Below, in pieces: positions 1 to 8,903 of a DNA stretch of 37,346 bases. Origin of the DNA: a virus. Its lineage: Duplodnaviria > Caudoviricetes. The notes beneath the pieces are model-generated. The model saw only the letters and a program-made list of their open reading frames with translations. It did not search any database and was not told where the DNA came from. A program made the position numbers and the translations under genes. Location of the stretch: IMG/VR virus record IMGVR_UViG_3300037461_000323, positions 1-37,346 of that record; one strand, given 5' to 3'. Numbering within the stretch: the stretch's first letter is position 1; each line of letters starts with the position of its first letter.

Positions 1-1
1 C

Positions 2-496
2 CTACAGGAAGAGCTTCACGCGAATGACGTTCTCCTGAGAAATGCGTGGGAAAACTATCGTGGCGCGAAAGAGGTACTGGATGAAGTCAACTTCATCATG
101 GCGCTGTCTGAGGAGACAGAGGAGATCGCAGAGGGGGAACAGAGGCGCAGGAACACCGGGATAACCCTCAAGGCACGCAGGCAGGCTATGGCTGAGGTGC
201 AGTTCTGGTGGAAAGAGATTCACAGCTTGCGCTCTGACAGGTCTAGGATGCTCGGCCTGACGGCCACGGGTATCGCCATCAACATCGACAACCGGGAACA
301 AAAGCTTCTCGTGGCGAATGGCAATAGCGGCAATGCCCCGGTTCAGCTACCTGAGAAGATCTACATCGGATTCGATCCTGATAGAGACTGGCCAGATCCG
401 CCCACACCACAGGGGAGACCTTCTGAAACAATAACGGCCGCGCGTGAAGAGGCAGTAGAGGGAGAGTACGAAGATGCCGCCACTGACTCAGGATGA
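2..496 (+). CDS. Putative terminase small subunit (5'-truncated by window edge)
   Basis: The frame of ORF 98..496 is open back to base 2 (LQEELHANDVLLRNAWENY...). Helical protein directly upstream of and overlapping terL. Function assigned from position only. Confidence 0.55.
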   Translation, partial: LQEELHANDVLLRNAWENYRGAKEVLDEVNFIMALSEETEEIAEGEQRRRNTGITLKARRQAMAEVQFWWKEIHSLRSDRSRMLGLTATGIAINIDNREQKLLVANGNSGNAPVQLPEKIYIGFDPDRDWPDPPTPQGRPSETITAAREEAVEGEYEDAATDSG

Positions 497-3122
497 CTTG
501 ATCGCGGCCGAGCGGAAGGGGATCTCCATCTTTGAGCCGATGTCGTGGCAGAAGAAGGTGATGCTTGATACCTCTTCTGTCGTTCTGCTCACGGGTGGTG
601 GCGGTGGTGGAAAGGCTCTGGCTCTCGATACGCCTGTTCTTACGCCGTCCGGATTTGTTCCTATGGCCGATGTCCATATAGGTGATATCGTGTATGACAT
701 GGACGGCCAGCCGGTACAGGTCATCGATGAGACCGGGGTCATGTACGACAGACCGTGTTACGAAGTCGTGTTTTCCAGTGGTGAAACCGTCATCTGTGAT
801 GCCGAGCACGAATGGGTTGTCGGTATAAGCGGCATCCGCAACGGAGATACTCTGAGGCTGGTAACCACACGAGATATGTACGACAACTTCAACCGTGGGC
901 GGCCGTACTTCGTTCCGGTGACTCAGCCTGTGAATCATTCAGAGGCAGATCTGCCTATCGATCCGTGGTTTCTTGGCTTCATGATTGGAGATGGATACAT
1001 GCCAAGACTGTCCTTCTCCACGGCCGATCAAGAAATCGTAGACAGAATATCCTCTATCCTACCAGCGGGATCAGAGATTAAGCCTGCTGGTGGATACAAC
1101 TATGTAATCAACTACGGTGCTTCCGGCCAGAAGAGTCCGCGCAACCGCATAACCGGCTACGTTCATCCGACAACGAATAGCAAGTCCGGCCGATGGACGG
1201 CGTTCGCCATGAACCCGCATATCTATCTCGGCCAGTATGGCAGCGAAGATGAAGCATGGGAAGCTGTGTACGTGCATAATGGGAATCGGGATAGGTTCTA
1301 CCGAGACGCAGGAAATGGGTTGAAGAGTGACCTAGAGTCTCTTGGCCTGCTTGAGTGCAGATCGGCAGACAAGTTTATCCCGGACATCTACAAGTACGCT
1401 TCAGTAGAGCAGCGCCTAGAGTTGTTGCGCGGCCTGATGGATGCGGATGGGTCGTGTCAAGCAGGGCGCGGCCGTAGCGAGATGACGGTCATTAGCGAGA
1501 GGTTGGCTTGGGACGCGCATGAAATGATGTGCAGCTTGGGCATCAAGTCGCATATCGGATACAAGAGGGTGACCTTTGATGGCCGCGAGTACGATGGTTG
1601 GCGAATAACCTTTACCACGACCATGCCGGTATTCTGGTTGCCAAGGAAGGGCAGGAATCTACCGCGTAATACCAGCAGTATCGTTGAGCGCCGAATCATA
1701 GAGTCGATAACCCCCGTTGATTCTGTTCCCGTTAAGTGCATCTCTGTCGAGACCGGAACTTATCTGATAACAGAGTCCCATATCCCAACGCATAACAGCC
1801 GCGTTTCATACGAGAAGCTTGTTGCGTTCGCGCTTCGCTACCCACGGTCTAATGTTCTGGCGCTCAGAAAGGAACTCAACGACTGTGAGCGGTCCGTTAT
1901 CCCCACACTGGATGATCATGTGCTGGCCGAACTGGCCAAGAAGCGGAAGGCCGGAGAGAAAGAGCAAACCGTCACGAAGCGCGTGAACCAGCGCTGTTAC
2001 ATATGCAGTAATGGTAGCCGTATCTGGTGGGGTGGTATGCGGAACGCGGCCGAGCGGAAAGCCATCCGCTCTATCGGTGCCGGTGGTAGCCTTGACTTTG
2101 TTCTCATGGAAGAAGCGATTGAGTTTGAGGAAGAGGACTTCGATGAGGTCCGCGGCCGTATGCGCGGACGGGCCGCGCCGTGGAGACAGATTCTTCTGGT
2201 CACGAATCCTGACGCGCCTCTCCACTGGATCAACCGTCGCTTGATTGTCGGTCAGGAAGCGTCCGTGTACCTGTCTATGGCCAGAGACAATATCTACCTT
2301 GACGAAGAGTACATCGGAAACCTTGAGACGATGACGGGTATAGAGGGTATGAGACTCGGTAAGGGTCTGTGGGTTGACGGCACCGGGCTGGTCATCGACA
2401 CGTGGCAGAACTCGTTCAGCACGGCAACAGGGGATGATAACGGGGGAAACGTCACGCTCTCCGCTGACTACATCCCGAACGGCGGCCGAGTCGTCTGCTC
2501 AGTCGATGACGGGTACGCAGGACAGTACGACAAGAAGTCCAAGATGTTCACGGCTAATTCACACCCGCGTGTATTCCTGCTGGCGCAGATACGGCCGACC
2601 GGGCAGGTAGCTGTGTTCTATGAAGACTACGCCATCAAGGAGAGGTATCGCGCTCAGATCAACCGTCTCCTGAAGACTTGCCAGAAGAACGGCTGGCCGA
2701 GACCCTCAGAATTTCACTATGACAAATCCTCTGCTACACTAAGAGGTGAGCTTGAGGCGGCCGGGTTCAGGCAGCTTTACCCAAGCACGTCGAACCGGGA
2801 TGAGTCCATCAAGCTTCTCAAAGAGAAGGTGGCGGCCGACGGGAATGACTTCAGGGAAGTCATTGTGCACCCGCGATGCCACCACCTGATACTTGAGATG
2901 TCATCGTGGTCCATGAAGGATAACCAGCCGACGAAGATCTTTGACCACGGGCCTGATAGTCTCAGGTACCTGATAGCAAACATTGATCGGGGGTTTACCG
3001 GGGAAGGTCAGGTAGGCGTGAATGTTCCCGAAGGGGAAGCGGGGGACAGGCTTGAAAGAAAGCTGAGAGAAATAGATGAGATCATGGACAGGATAGATAG
3101 TCGGATCGGGGTAGGAATCTAA
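474..3122 (+). CDS. terL: Terminase large subunit containing an intein
   Basis: Walker A LLTGGGGGGK|S is split by the intein. Walker B FVLMEEA, LLVTNP coupling motif, nuclease motifs SVDDG and DHGPDSLRY. About 488 aa after splicing. Confidence 0.95.
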   Translation: MPPLTQDDLIAAERKGISIFEPMSWQKKVMLDTSSVVLLTGGGGGGKALALDTPVLTPSGFVPMADVHIGDIVYDMDGQPVQVIDETGVMYDRPCYEVVFSSGETVICDAEHEWVVGISGIRNGDTLRLVTTRDMYDNFNRGRPYFVPVTQPVNHSEADLPIDPWFLGFMIGDGYMPRLSFSTADQEIVDRISSILPAGSEIKPAGGYNYVINYGASGQKSPRNRITGYVHPTTNSKSGRWTAFAMNPHIYLGQYGSEDEAWEAVYVHNGNRDRFYRDAGNGLKSDLESLGLLECRSADKFIPDIYKYASVEQRLELLRGLMDADGSCQAGRGRSEMTVISERLAWDAHEMMCSLGIKSHIGYKRVTFDGREYDGWRITFTTTMPVFWLPRKGRNLPRNTSSIVERRIIESITPVDSVPVKCISVETGTYLITESHIPTHNSRVSYEKLVAFALRYPRSNVLALRKELNDCERSVIPTLDDHVLAELAKKRKAGEKEQTVTKRVNQRCYICSNGSRIWWGGMRNAAERKAIRSIGAGGSLDFVLMEEAIEFEEEDFDEVRGRMRGRAAPWRQILLVTNPDAPLHWINRRLIVGQEASVYLSMARDNIYLDEEYIGNLETMTGIEGMRLGKGLWVDGTGLVIDTWQNSFSTATGDDNGGNVTLSADYIPNGGRVVCSVDDGYAGQYDKKSKMFTANSHPRVFLLAQIRPTGQVAVFYEDYAIKERYRAQINRLLKTCQKNGWPRPSEFHYDKSSATLRGELEAAGFRQLYPSTSNRDESIKLLKEKVAADGNDFREVIVHPRCHHLILEMSSWSMKDNQPTKIFDHGPDSLRYLIANIDRGFTGEGQVGVNVPEGEAGDRLERKLREIDEIMDRIDSRIGVGI
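615..1796 (+). mobile_element. Intein (394 aa, class 3 type) with LAGLIDADG homing endonuclease
   Basis: Starts ALALDTPVLTPSG and ends IPTHN|S. Block B DAEHEW, block F VPVKCISV, LAGLIDADG motifs FLGFMIGDG and LLRGLMDADG. Confidence 0.93.
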
Positions 3123-5263
3123 TGCCTAGAACAACGATTGAGCAATTCACAGATGCGGCCGGTGACATTCCCTCTTCAAATGGCATAGGTAGTTTTTCCG
3201 CTGATAGTATGCCGTTCTACATGACGACTATCTCCGGCTTGGATAATGTCTTGCCGCCGTGGTGGTCAAAGGCCAGAGACAGGGAGATGACGAGAGTGTG
3301 GAAAGATGTCACGCTGCTGAGCGTGATGATGTTCGCCGCACAGACGAAGATCGCGAACCTTCCTATCCGTGTCGTGGCCAAGGATACGAACATCGTCTCT
3401 CATGCCAAGATGGCAGAGGAACTTACTGAGCAGTTCCATACGTTGTCTCAGTACGGAGAGGGGCTTCAGGAGATGATGGTGTCTGTCGCTGAGGACTACT
3501 TCGGGACAGACAACGGCGCGTTCATGGAAGTGGTTGCGCCGGGGAAGAAGTCAGATCCGATTGAGGGAATCCCCATAGGGTTGAGGCATCTGGACAGCTT
3601 GCAGGTTGACAGGATGTCTGACCCGCTGTTTCCCATACGGTATAGGACATCAGAGAGCGAGAATGAGGTGTTCCATCACTCCAGAGTGATCGCTATGTCT
3701 CAAATGCGCTCGGCCAGACGGAATGTCAACGGTGTTGGCTTTTGCGCGATCTCCCGCTCAGTCGAACTGGCTCAGAAATACCAAGACCTAATCAACTATA
3801 TTCGCGGAAAGATGGGCGGCCGCGCGTTCAAGCGCCTGCTTGTCGGCAAGAACATCACCGGCCGTGAGTTGATCAAGGCTATCGCCGCCTCTACCGCCAT
3901 CCAGCAGGAGATAGGCGGGATGGATGTGGACTCCATCGCTGTGGGTGGTACGGATATCGAAGTAGACTCCATCGATCTGGCCAACTTCAGTGAATTTGAC
4001 GAAGAACAGGCCACATTTAACACGATGGCGCTCATGGCGCTGGCTTGGGGGCTTGAGTTCAACGAAGTTTTCCCGATGCCGGGCAGTAAGGCCAGTGAAG
4101 AAGTCGCCCTACAGCGTTCGCGCGGCCGTTTGCCTAGCTTTTTTGTCTCCCACTTCTCCAAGCTGGCCACAGCGAAGCTTGTCCCGCCCTATTTGCGGGT
4201 GGAAATCGACTTCGTTGACGACTTCTTGGACCAGCAGCGTGAAATCATCGCTGATATTCGTTCCAGAAATCTCCAACGTCTCGTTGAAGCGGGTATTCTG
4301 ACCACCAGAGAGGCCAGAGAGGTGCTACACCGTGACAGGTATATCACGGATGTCTCAAGATTGACGATGGCGCTGGCCGAAGGGATGCTTGTAGACGACA
4401 CACCGGCTATCCGGGTGTTTATGGACCCGGCATACGACGAGATCTTGCTCATTAACCGGGAGTACCTGCTTGGAGAAGCTGATCCGGCCGTTGTGGAGAG
4501 GGATGCTCAGGCGAACATCCTCTATATCTACGGCCTAATCCCCACAACGAACAGTCAGGCGAAGCAAGAGCAGTTCAGGATAGCCCTGAAAGCCCTTGAC
4601 GGCCTTCTGGCCATATACCGGAAGCCGCCGACGACAGAAGTTGTGCCCGTAGAACCGCCCGTAGAGGAAGAAGCGCCAGCCGAACCCGTAGAAGGGGGAG
4701 AAGAGGCACCTGAAGAGGATGAAGGGGAAGTCCCGGCCGAGAAAATGCGCGTCACAAAGGCCACTGTCGCTCAGAACGAGTTCGCCAAGCGCTTCAGGGA
4801 AGATCTGCTTGTCGCTCTGACCCGTCCGGGCGGTCCTTCGCAAGAGGAACTGGAAGACAAGATGGAGAATGCGTTCAAGGTAGCCGCCTTCTTGGCATTG
4901 GGCACGGAATCCATCGAAGAGGAAGATCAAGCGGTCATCGACAGGGAGTTAGCGTTCGTCGCTTCAGGCGCGGCCGTCATCATCACCCGCGCGCTCAATG
5001 GAACGGACATGGGGCCTACCGCTGACAGGCTGGTAGCGCAGATTCGCAGGGTTTACTGGGATATCCTGCTACACTCAGAAAAGATGGAAGGGAATTACAC
5101 ATGGGTGCTAGGGGAGACTGACCATTGCGAGACCTGCCTTGAGATGGCCGGGTATGGAGAGCAACCCGCTTCCTTCTGGAAGGAGAAAGCGGGGCAAGGG
5201 ATATATCCCCAAAGCCAAGCGCTGGCCTGCACTGGGTTTCATTGCCAATGTCATATTTCATAA
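3122..5263 (+). CDS. Portal protein with C-terminal MuF/minor-head-like domain
   Basis: Follows terL with a TAATG overlap. Portal-like DYFGTDNGAFMEVV...GLRHLDS, then an acidic Pro/Glu linker, then WVLGETDHCETC...CTGFHCQC typical of MuF/SPP1 gp7-like ends. Confidence 0.8.
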   Translation: MPRTTIEQFTDAAGDIPSSNGIGSFSADSMPFYMTTISGLDNVLPPWWSKARDREMTRVWKDVTLLSVMMFAAQTKIANLPIRVVAKDTNIVSHAKMAEELTEQFHTLSQYGEGLQEMMVSVAEDYFGTDNGAFMEVVAPGKKSDPIEGIPIGLRHLDSLQVDRMSDPLFPIRYRTSESENEVFHHSRVIAMSQMRSARRNVNGVGFCAISRSVELAQKYQDLINYIRGKMGGRAFKRLLVGKNITGRELIKAIAASTAIQQEIGGMDVDSIAVGGTDIEVDSIDLANFSEFDEEQATFNTMALMALAWGLEFNEVFPMPGSKASEEVALQRSRGRLPSFFVSHFSKLATAKLVPPYLRVEIDFVDDFLDQQREIIADIRSRNLQRLVEAGILTTREAREVLHRDRYITDVSRLTMALAEGMLVDDTPAIRVFMDPAYDEILLINREYLLGEADPAVVERDAQANILYIYGLIPTTNSQAKQEQFRIALKALDGLLAIYRKPPTTEVVPVEPPVEEEAPAEPVEGGEEAPEEDEGEVPAEKMRVTKATVAQNEFAKRFREDLLVALTRPGGPSQEELEDKMENAFKVAAFLALGTESIEEEDQAVIDRELAFVASGAAVIITRALNGTDMGPTADRLVAQIRRVYWDILLHSEKMEGNYTWVLGETDHCETCLEMAGYGEQPASFWKEKAGQGIYPQSQALACTGFHCQCHIS

Positions 5264-5275
5264 CGGGGTGACGTC

Positions 5276-5872
5276 ATGCCAAGAGCAACAAGAATTCACT
5301 TCGCGGCCATCACGACAGACGTGCATGGCTTGAGAAATCTCAAAAAGAACCTGATGGGTATCTTGCGCGACACGACAAGGGACTTTGAGGATCAGTTCAA
5401 GACTGTTACCGATAAGTTCACCCACGAGAACAGTCCCGTGTGGCGTAAGTCATATGGTTTCGGCAAGCCGCCAGACGAAGGAGTTGGCACGGGTGCGGGT
5501 AAGATCAAGATTCGGGGTTTCGCCATGTCCGGCCGCCCGGTAGGGAAAGCGCTATACGGGATGGCATCGACGGAGAACGACAAGATCTTCTACTATCTTG
5601 AGGCCGGGACGGACAGGCGGTACCGGGTGATGTCGCCTGACTGGAAGTCCATGACGCGGCCGAGAATGGGCACGCGCACCTACGCCCGTAGGGGCTTTGC
5701 CATGCACTTCGACTTCAATCCGACAACGGCCGCTGAGAGAGCTATAAAGCCACGATTCTTTGCAGCGGATGTTATCAAACGTCAGGGACCACGATTCTTG
5801 ACAAAGGTAATAAAGGAATTTCATGGGAATGCAATCCTCAACTTCTTTGGAGAAACACGAGTTAGCAAGTAA
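5276..5872 (+). CDS. Basic virion morphogenesis protein, HK97 gp10-like (neck/tail completion)
   Basis: Motifs FYYLEAGT and IKPRFF resemble the Y.E.GT...PRPF pattern of that family. Confidence 0.5.
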   Translation: MPRATRIHFAAITTDVHGLRNLKKNLMGILRDTTRDFEDQFKTVTDKFTHENSPVWRKSYGFGKPPDEGVGTGAGKIKIRGFAMSGRPVGKALYGMASTENDKIFYYLEAGTDRRYRVMSPDWKSMTRPRMGTRTYARRGFAMHFDFNPTTAAERAIKPRFFAADVIKRQGPRFLTKVIKEFHGNAILNFFGETRVSK

Positions 5873-6287
5873 CGGGAACGGGACTGACGCGACAACCGCA
5901 TGGCAAGCCTTCGTGCGCTACGTAATTCGCTTCTGCGGAGACGGCTATATGATCGCCAACATCTCCGTGCTCGTGCGCCACAACACGCCTATCGCGTGGA
6001 AGGTATCGGGTCAGCCCGTGTCCGCTTTTTACTCAGACATGGACAGCGGAGACATCTCCCGCCAGTGGATGGCGTTCTCCCGGCACCTGCTGGCCAAGTG
6101 CAGCGGGAATAACGGGTTCGGGATCTTGGATGTCAGTAACGCCGTAGTCCATCGCGGCCGCCCAATCCTGTGGGTTGAGGCCGACTTCAAGAAGATCCAT
6201 CCAGTTGAGGTTGCTCAGGAAGAATCACCCGGAGATGAGATCGTGCACCGCATTTTGTACCCTCAGTACGTGCGTGACATGGCTTAG
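5823..6287 (+). CDS. Hypothetical protein with two-fold internal repeat (start uncertain)
   Basis: WQAFVRYVIRFCGDGYMIANISVLVRHNTPIAW aligns with WMAFSRHLLAKCSGNNGFGILDVSNAVVHRGRPILW. Confidence 0.7.
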   Translation: MGMQSSTSLEKHELASNGNGTDATTAWQAFVRYVIRFCGDGYMIANISVLVRHNTPIAWKVSGQPVSAFYSDMDSGDISRQWMAFSRHLLAKCSGNNGFGILDVSNAVVHRGRPILWVEADFKKIHPVEVAQEESPGDEIVHRILYPQYVRDMA

Positions 6288-6289
6288 AT

Positions 6290-6317
6290 TTGACAGGGCG
6301 CGCACAGGCTCTAAAAT
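6290..6317 (+). promoter_or_regulatory. Sigma70-type promoter of the head operon
   Basis: TTGACA (6290-6295), 16-bp spacer, TAAAAT (6312-6317). The same layout occurs at 13807. Confidence 0.7.
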
Positions 6318-6336
6318 CTCTCATAGAAACCCTGAC

Positions 6337-6368
6337 AGGGACTCGGCCGCGAGTCCCTTTTTTGTTTT
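6337..6368 (+). terminator. Terminator-like hairpin in leader, copy 1
   Basis: AGGGACTCG-GCCG-CGAGTCCCT then TTTTTGTTTT immediately before ATG 6369. Confidence 0.8.
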
Positions 6369-7448
6369 ATGAACACAAACTTCTTTGTCAGAAAAGACGC
6401 GAATGGAAAGTACCGCTGGATCGGTAGTCACACGAACTCATTTGAGGACTTGGATGATGACATACTGACGGCCGAATCCCATCTGGAATTTGCCAAAGCG
6501 ATTGATTCAGGCGAGTACCCGCTACCCCCACTGTATCTAGCCCACGAAGAACTATGGAAGATCGGTAAGACAGATCTGATCGTCGTGGATGAGATCGGAC
6601 CGGGGACGGTGTTTGTGATCACGACAGGGACTTTTGATGAAGGAATGGACAAAGTTGCGGAAGTCCTATCGGGCGTTCCCGTGGCTATGTCGCATGGGCT
6701 GTACGTGCTGCAATCCGGCGAGTTCAAGGGTAAGAGAGCCATCGAGCGCTATCAGACCATTGAAATCAGCGCCTTGCCGGAAGGTGTCGCGTTGCCAGCT
6801 AATCCTAGAACCTACTATGTAGTGGAGGATCAAATGGGAATCAAAGACAGCGTGAAGCGTGGTAAGCTGGCTGGATTACTCGGTATCGACACTGTGGAAG
6901 AGATCGAGTCGGCCAACAAGGACATTGCCACGAAAGCGAAGGATGACGGTATCGTCTTCAAGGAAGCCGAAGCTACCGGCGAAGTCACTGAAGCCGCTGA
7001 GGTTGCCGAAGAGGTAGCCGCTGAGGTTGAGGAGACGGCCGAAGTCGCTGAGGTGACTGAGGAAGTGACGGAACCGGCACCCGCGTACGTCACAGAGGAA
7101 GCCTTTGAGGACTTCGCCAGCTTGGTTGGTGAAATGCTCAAGGAATTCCGCAAGGCAATCACTGAGGATGTCGCCAAGAGTATTGGTGACTTGTCAGCCA
7201 GCGTCACGGCCGCCAACGAGCGGCTTAACGAAGCTGGAAACGAGATCAAGGCCCTCAAGAAACATCGGGATACACCGCTGGCTGCCCGCCCCGGCTACGA
7301 ATCCTTGATGAAGGCCATGATCGAAGACAGCAATGACACGAAGGCCGGTGATGAGGCCGTACCGGCTGAAGAAGAGAAAGCGCGGAAGACTCCCGCGTCT
7401 GCCAACGGCGCTCTTGGTTTGGTATACGCACTTCTGGAGGAATCATAA
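6369..7448 (+). CDS. Prohead protease fused to acidic scaffold-like region
   Basis: HK97-type protease pattern DLDDDIL...LAH...MSHG...EISALP...PANPRT, followed by a Glu/Ala-rich coiled coil. Lies directly upstream of the capsid gene. Confidence 0.75.
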   Translation: MNTNFFVRKDANGKYRWIGSHTNSFEDLDDDILTAESHLEFAKAIDSGEYPLPPLYLAHEELWKIGKTDLIVVDEIGPGTVFVITTGTFDEGMDKVAEVLSGVPVAMSHGLYVLQSGEFKGKRAIERYQTIEISALPEGVALPANPRTYYVVEDQMGIKDSVKRGKLAGLLGIDTVEEIESANKDIATKAKDDGIVFKEAEATGEVTEAAEVAEEVAAEVEETAEVAEVTEEVTEPAPAYVTEEAFEDFASLVGEMLKEFRKAITEDVAKSIGDLSASVTAANERLNEAGNEIKALKKHRDTPLAARPGYESLMKAMIEDSNDTKAGDEAVPAEEEKARKTPASANGALGLVYALLEES

Positions 7449-7449
7449 G

Positions 7450-8832
7450 ATGTCTGAACAACGGAATTTCGCTGAGAAAGTCGCCCCGAACGCACAATAC
7501 TACGGTCCGGGCGGCTTTATGAGCACTCCCGCGCTTGAAAATCCTGTCATCTCGACTCATATCCGGCCGATGGGCTTGGATGAGTATCTCCCGGCTTACC
7601 CGGCGACAGTGGTCAACCCGCTGTACCCCGTGTTTACTGGTGTGACTGACGAAACGGGCGCTGAGCCTGCCACCGTCTGTGATGATGGTCCTACGGCGCT
7701 ACTCAAGGGCGCTACTATGACGGCCAACTTCGGCCGCATCATGCGCTCAACCCCTGTCATGGACAAGGGGCAGTTATCCGAGACCGTTCGTGGGCAAACG
7801 ACTGACCTCAGCCTCTTGGCTGCTCAGGGCGCACCCGGCGGCCGCCTGAATGTCGGGAACCTGTCGGTTCCTACTGATGATATTCTCCGTTACGCCACTC
7901 GTGGCGCGTTCTTCGTTGTGGGCACCATCCTGCAACGCAAGCTGTCCCGCATGTTGTGGGCTGGCAACCCGGCGACGAACAACCCGGCGACTGACGGCTA
8001 CCGTGAGTTCCCCGGCTTGGACTTGCAGATCGGCACCGGCCGTGTAGACGCGCTGTCCGGTGTGGCTGTCCCGTCCCTTGACTCCTATGTCGTGAACGCC
8101 AACTATGCCAACGTCAACGACTACGGCATCGTCGCCGCGCTTGAGGACATGGAAGCCCGTCTGCGTAACCGCGCCATGAACCACTTCGGTACGGCCGAGT
8201 TCGCTCTCGTCATGCTGCCGGAGATGTGGGACCAGTTGACGCGCATCTGGCCGATTCAGTACAACACGACTCCCGGCATGTACGTCATGCCCGGTATGTC
8301 GAACGTGTCTGTTTCTGTCAACGCTGACGCAATGGTCGCCGCCCGTGATGAAATGCGCCGGACACGCCGCATCACCATCAACGGCTACGACTACCCTGTC
8401 ATTCTGGATCATGGTATTGCTGAGGAGACCACGGCCGATGTCGGCTCTCTAGACCCCGGCACCTATGCCAGCACGATCTACTTCATCCCGCTTACTGTGG
8501 CTGGCGGCTTCCCCGCTACCCGCATCGAGTACCTTGACTTCCGCGTCGGTATTGCCGAAGAGCAGCGCGCCGGTCTCAACACCGGCTTGGTCTGGACTGA
8601 CGATGGTAAGTACATCTGGTCGGCCAAGGAAGAGCATACCTGTTTCTGGTTCCGGGCGCGCATCGAGCCGCGCGTTGTCCTGCACACGCCGCATCTGGCT
8701 GGCAAGATTCAACGACTGGTTGTTGCCCCGCCGAGCCACTACGAATCCCCGTACCCGGATAGCGCCTACCACGTCAATGGTGGTCTGAGTGTCCGGCCGA
8801 TGGAGACGTTCTACACTCCTTGGAGTGCCTAA
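7450..8832 (+). CDS. Major capsid protein (460 aa)
   Basis: GGAGG at 7436-7440 supports ATG 7450 (MSEQRNF) rather than 7333. Position after the protease, LWAGNP...EFPGLD motif, strongly biased codons, followed by a strong hairpin. Confidence 0.85.
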   Translation: MSEQRNFAEKVAPNAQYYGPGGFMSTPALENPVISTHIRPMGLDEYLPAYPATVVNPLYPVFTGVTDETGAEPATVCDDGPTALLKGATMTANFGRIMRSTPVMDKGQLSETVRGQTTDLSLLAAQGAPGGRLNVGNLSVPTDDILRYATRGAFFVVGTILQRKLSRMLWAGNPATNNPATDGYREFPGLDLQIGTGRVDALSGVAVPSLDSYVVNANYANVNDYGIVAALEDMEARLRNRAMNHFGTAEFALVMLPEMWDQLTRIWPIQYNTTPGMYVMPGMSNVSVSVNADAMVAARDEMRRTRRITINGYDYPVILDHGIAEETTADVGSLDPGTYASTIYFIPLTVAGGFPATRIEYLDFRVGIAEEQRAGLNTGLVWTDDGKYIWSAKEEHTCFWFRARIEPRVVLHTPHLAGKIQRLVVAPPSHYESPYPDSAYHVNGGLSVRPMETFYTPWSA

Positions 8833-8857
8833 TCAGCAAGTTTGATTAACCCACTTG

Positions 8858-8891
8858 GTGTAGGGGCTGACCCACAGCCCCTACACACTTT
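8858..8891 (+). terminator. Hairpin after capsid gene (weak terminator or mRNA stabiliser)
   Basis: 12-bp stem GTGTAGGGGCTG/CAGCCCCTACAC with only a short ACTTT tail. Confidence 0.65.
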
Positions 8892-8903
8892 ACAAAGGTG
8901 AAT

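Noticed and set aside
7333-7449. 39-aa N-terminal extension of the capsid ORF
   Set aside because: It overlaps the protease gene, and the GGAGG RBS supports ATG 7450.
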